Below, in pieces: positions 63,614-64,000 of a stretch of DNA of 64,000 nucleotides. The stretch is from Eledone cirrhosa (lineage: Eukaryota), in NCBI GenBank assembly GCA_964016885.1, contig OZ024748.1, positions 11,036,001-11,100,000 on the forward strand, written 5' to 3'. Positions within the stretch are counted from its first letter, which is position 1. Each line of letters starts with the position of its first letter. The notes under the pieces were generated by a model. It made no database searches and was not told the origin of the DNA. It saw only the letters and a program-made list of their open reading frames with translations. A program made the translations under genes and the position numbers.

Positions 63614-64000
63614 AACGTTTGTATATGTATAATAAAGCCAAAACAATGCAAGTATGGACATAGAATAAAGAATGCAAATGCAAAAGATATTGTTGACATT
63701 AGTCTTTTACCTTAGGTTTATTTAAATGTCCTTAACTTTCGAGATAATATCTCTTCTTCGGAGGGAAGTAAAGCGGTTAAACCAGTGTTCTAAATAGCTT
63801 GCCAAGTCATGCTGACAGGAAAACACTGGTTTAACCGCTTTACTTCCCTCCGAAGAAGAGATATTATCTCGAAAATTAAGGACATTTAAATAAATCTAAG
63901 GTAAAAGACTAATTGTCAACAATATCTTTTGCATTTGCATTCTTTATTCTATGTCCATACCTGCATTGTTTTGGCTTTATTATACATATTCAAACGTTTA
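63612..64000. repeat. Long inverted repeat (~178-bp arms) with a degenerate hammerhead-like core
   Basis: Arms at 63612-63789 and 63822-64000; ccgaaga-agagat att atctc-gaaa. Confidence 0.85.

Overview
Eukaryotic, AT-rich, microsatellite- and SINE-dense DNA; the repeat style suggests an octopod cephalopod (inference). I reconstructed three spliced genes by hand, and every junction is phase-consistent. (1) USP1 deubiquitinase on + (5' end outside the window; exons 1-12280). (2) A complete 19-exon ATIC/purH on - (27963-15210, about 598 aa), which hosts three intronic box C/D snoRNAs (SNORD10/mgU6-77-, SNORD95- and SNORD30-like). (3) The 3' eight exons of a glutamate decarboxylase (GAD) on - (55050-45982). 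The rest is transposon debris: an internally deleted mariner, RT-less R4/Dong-type LINE copies in (ACAT)n tracts, RTE and CRE-like fragments, SINEs and MITEs. The most notable non-obvious signals are: at least ten fold-back elements from several unrelated families, mostly at (TA)n tracts and many carrying minimal hammerhead-ribozyme cores (Penelope pLTR/retrozyme-like); one retroposon copy with a strand-specific A-to-G cluster resembling a reverse-transcribed ADAR-hyperedited RNA; and the ATIC-hosted snoRNAs. Most ORFs in the supplied track are microsatellite artefacts.
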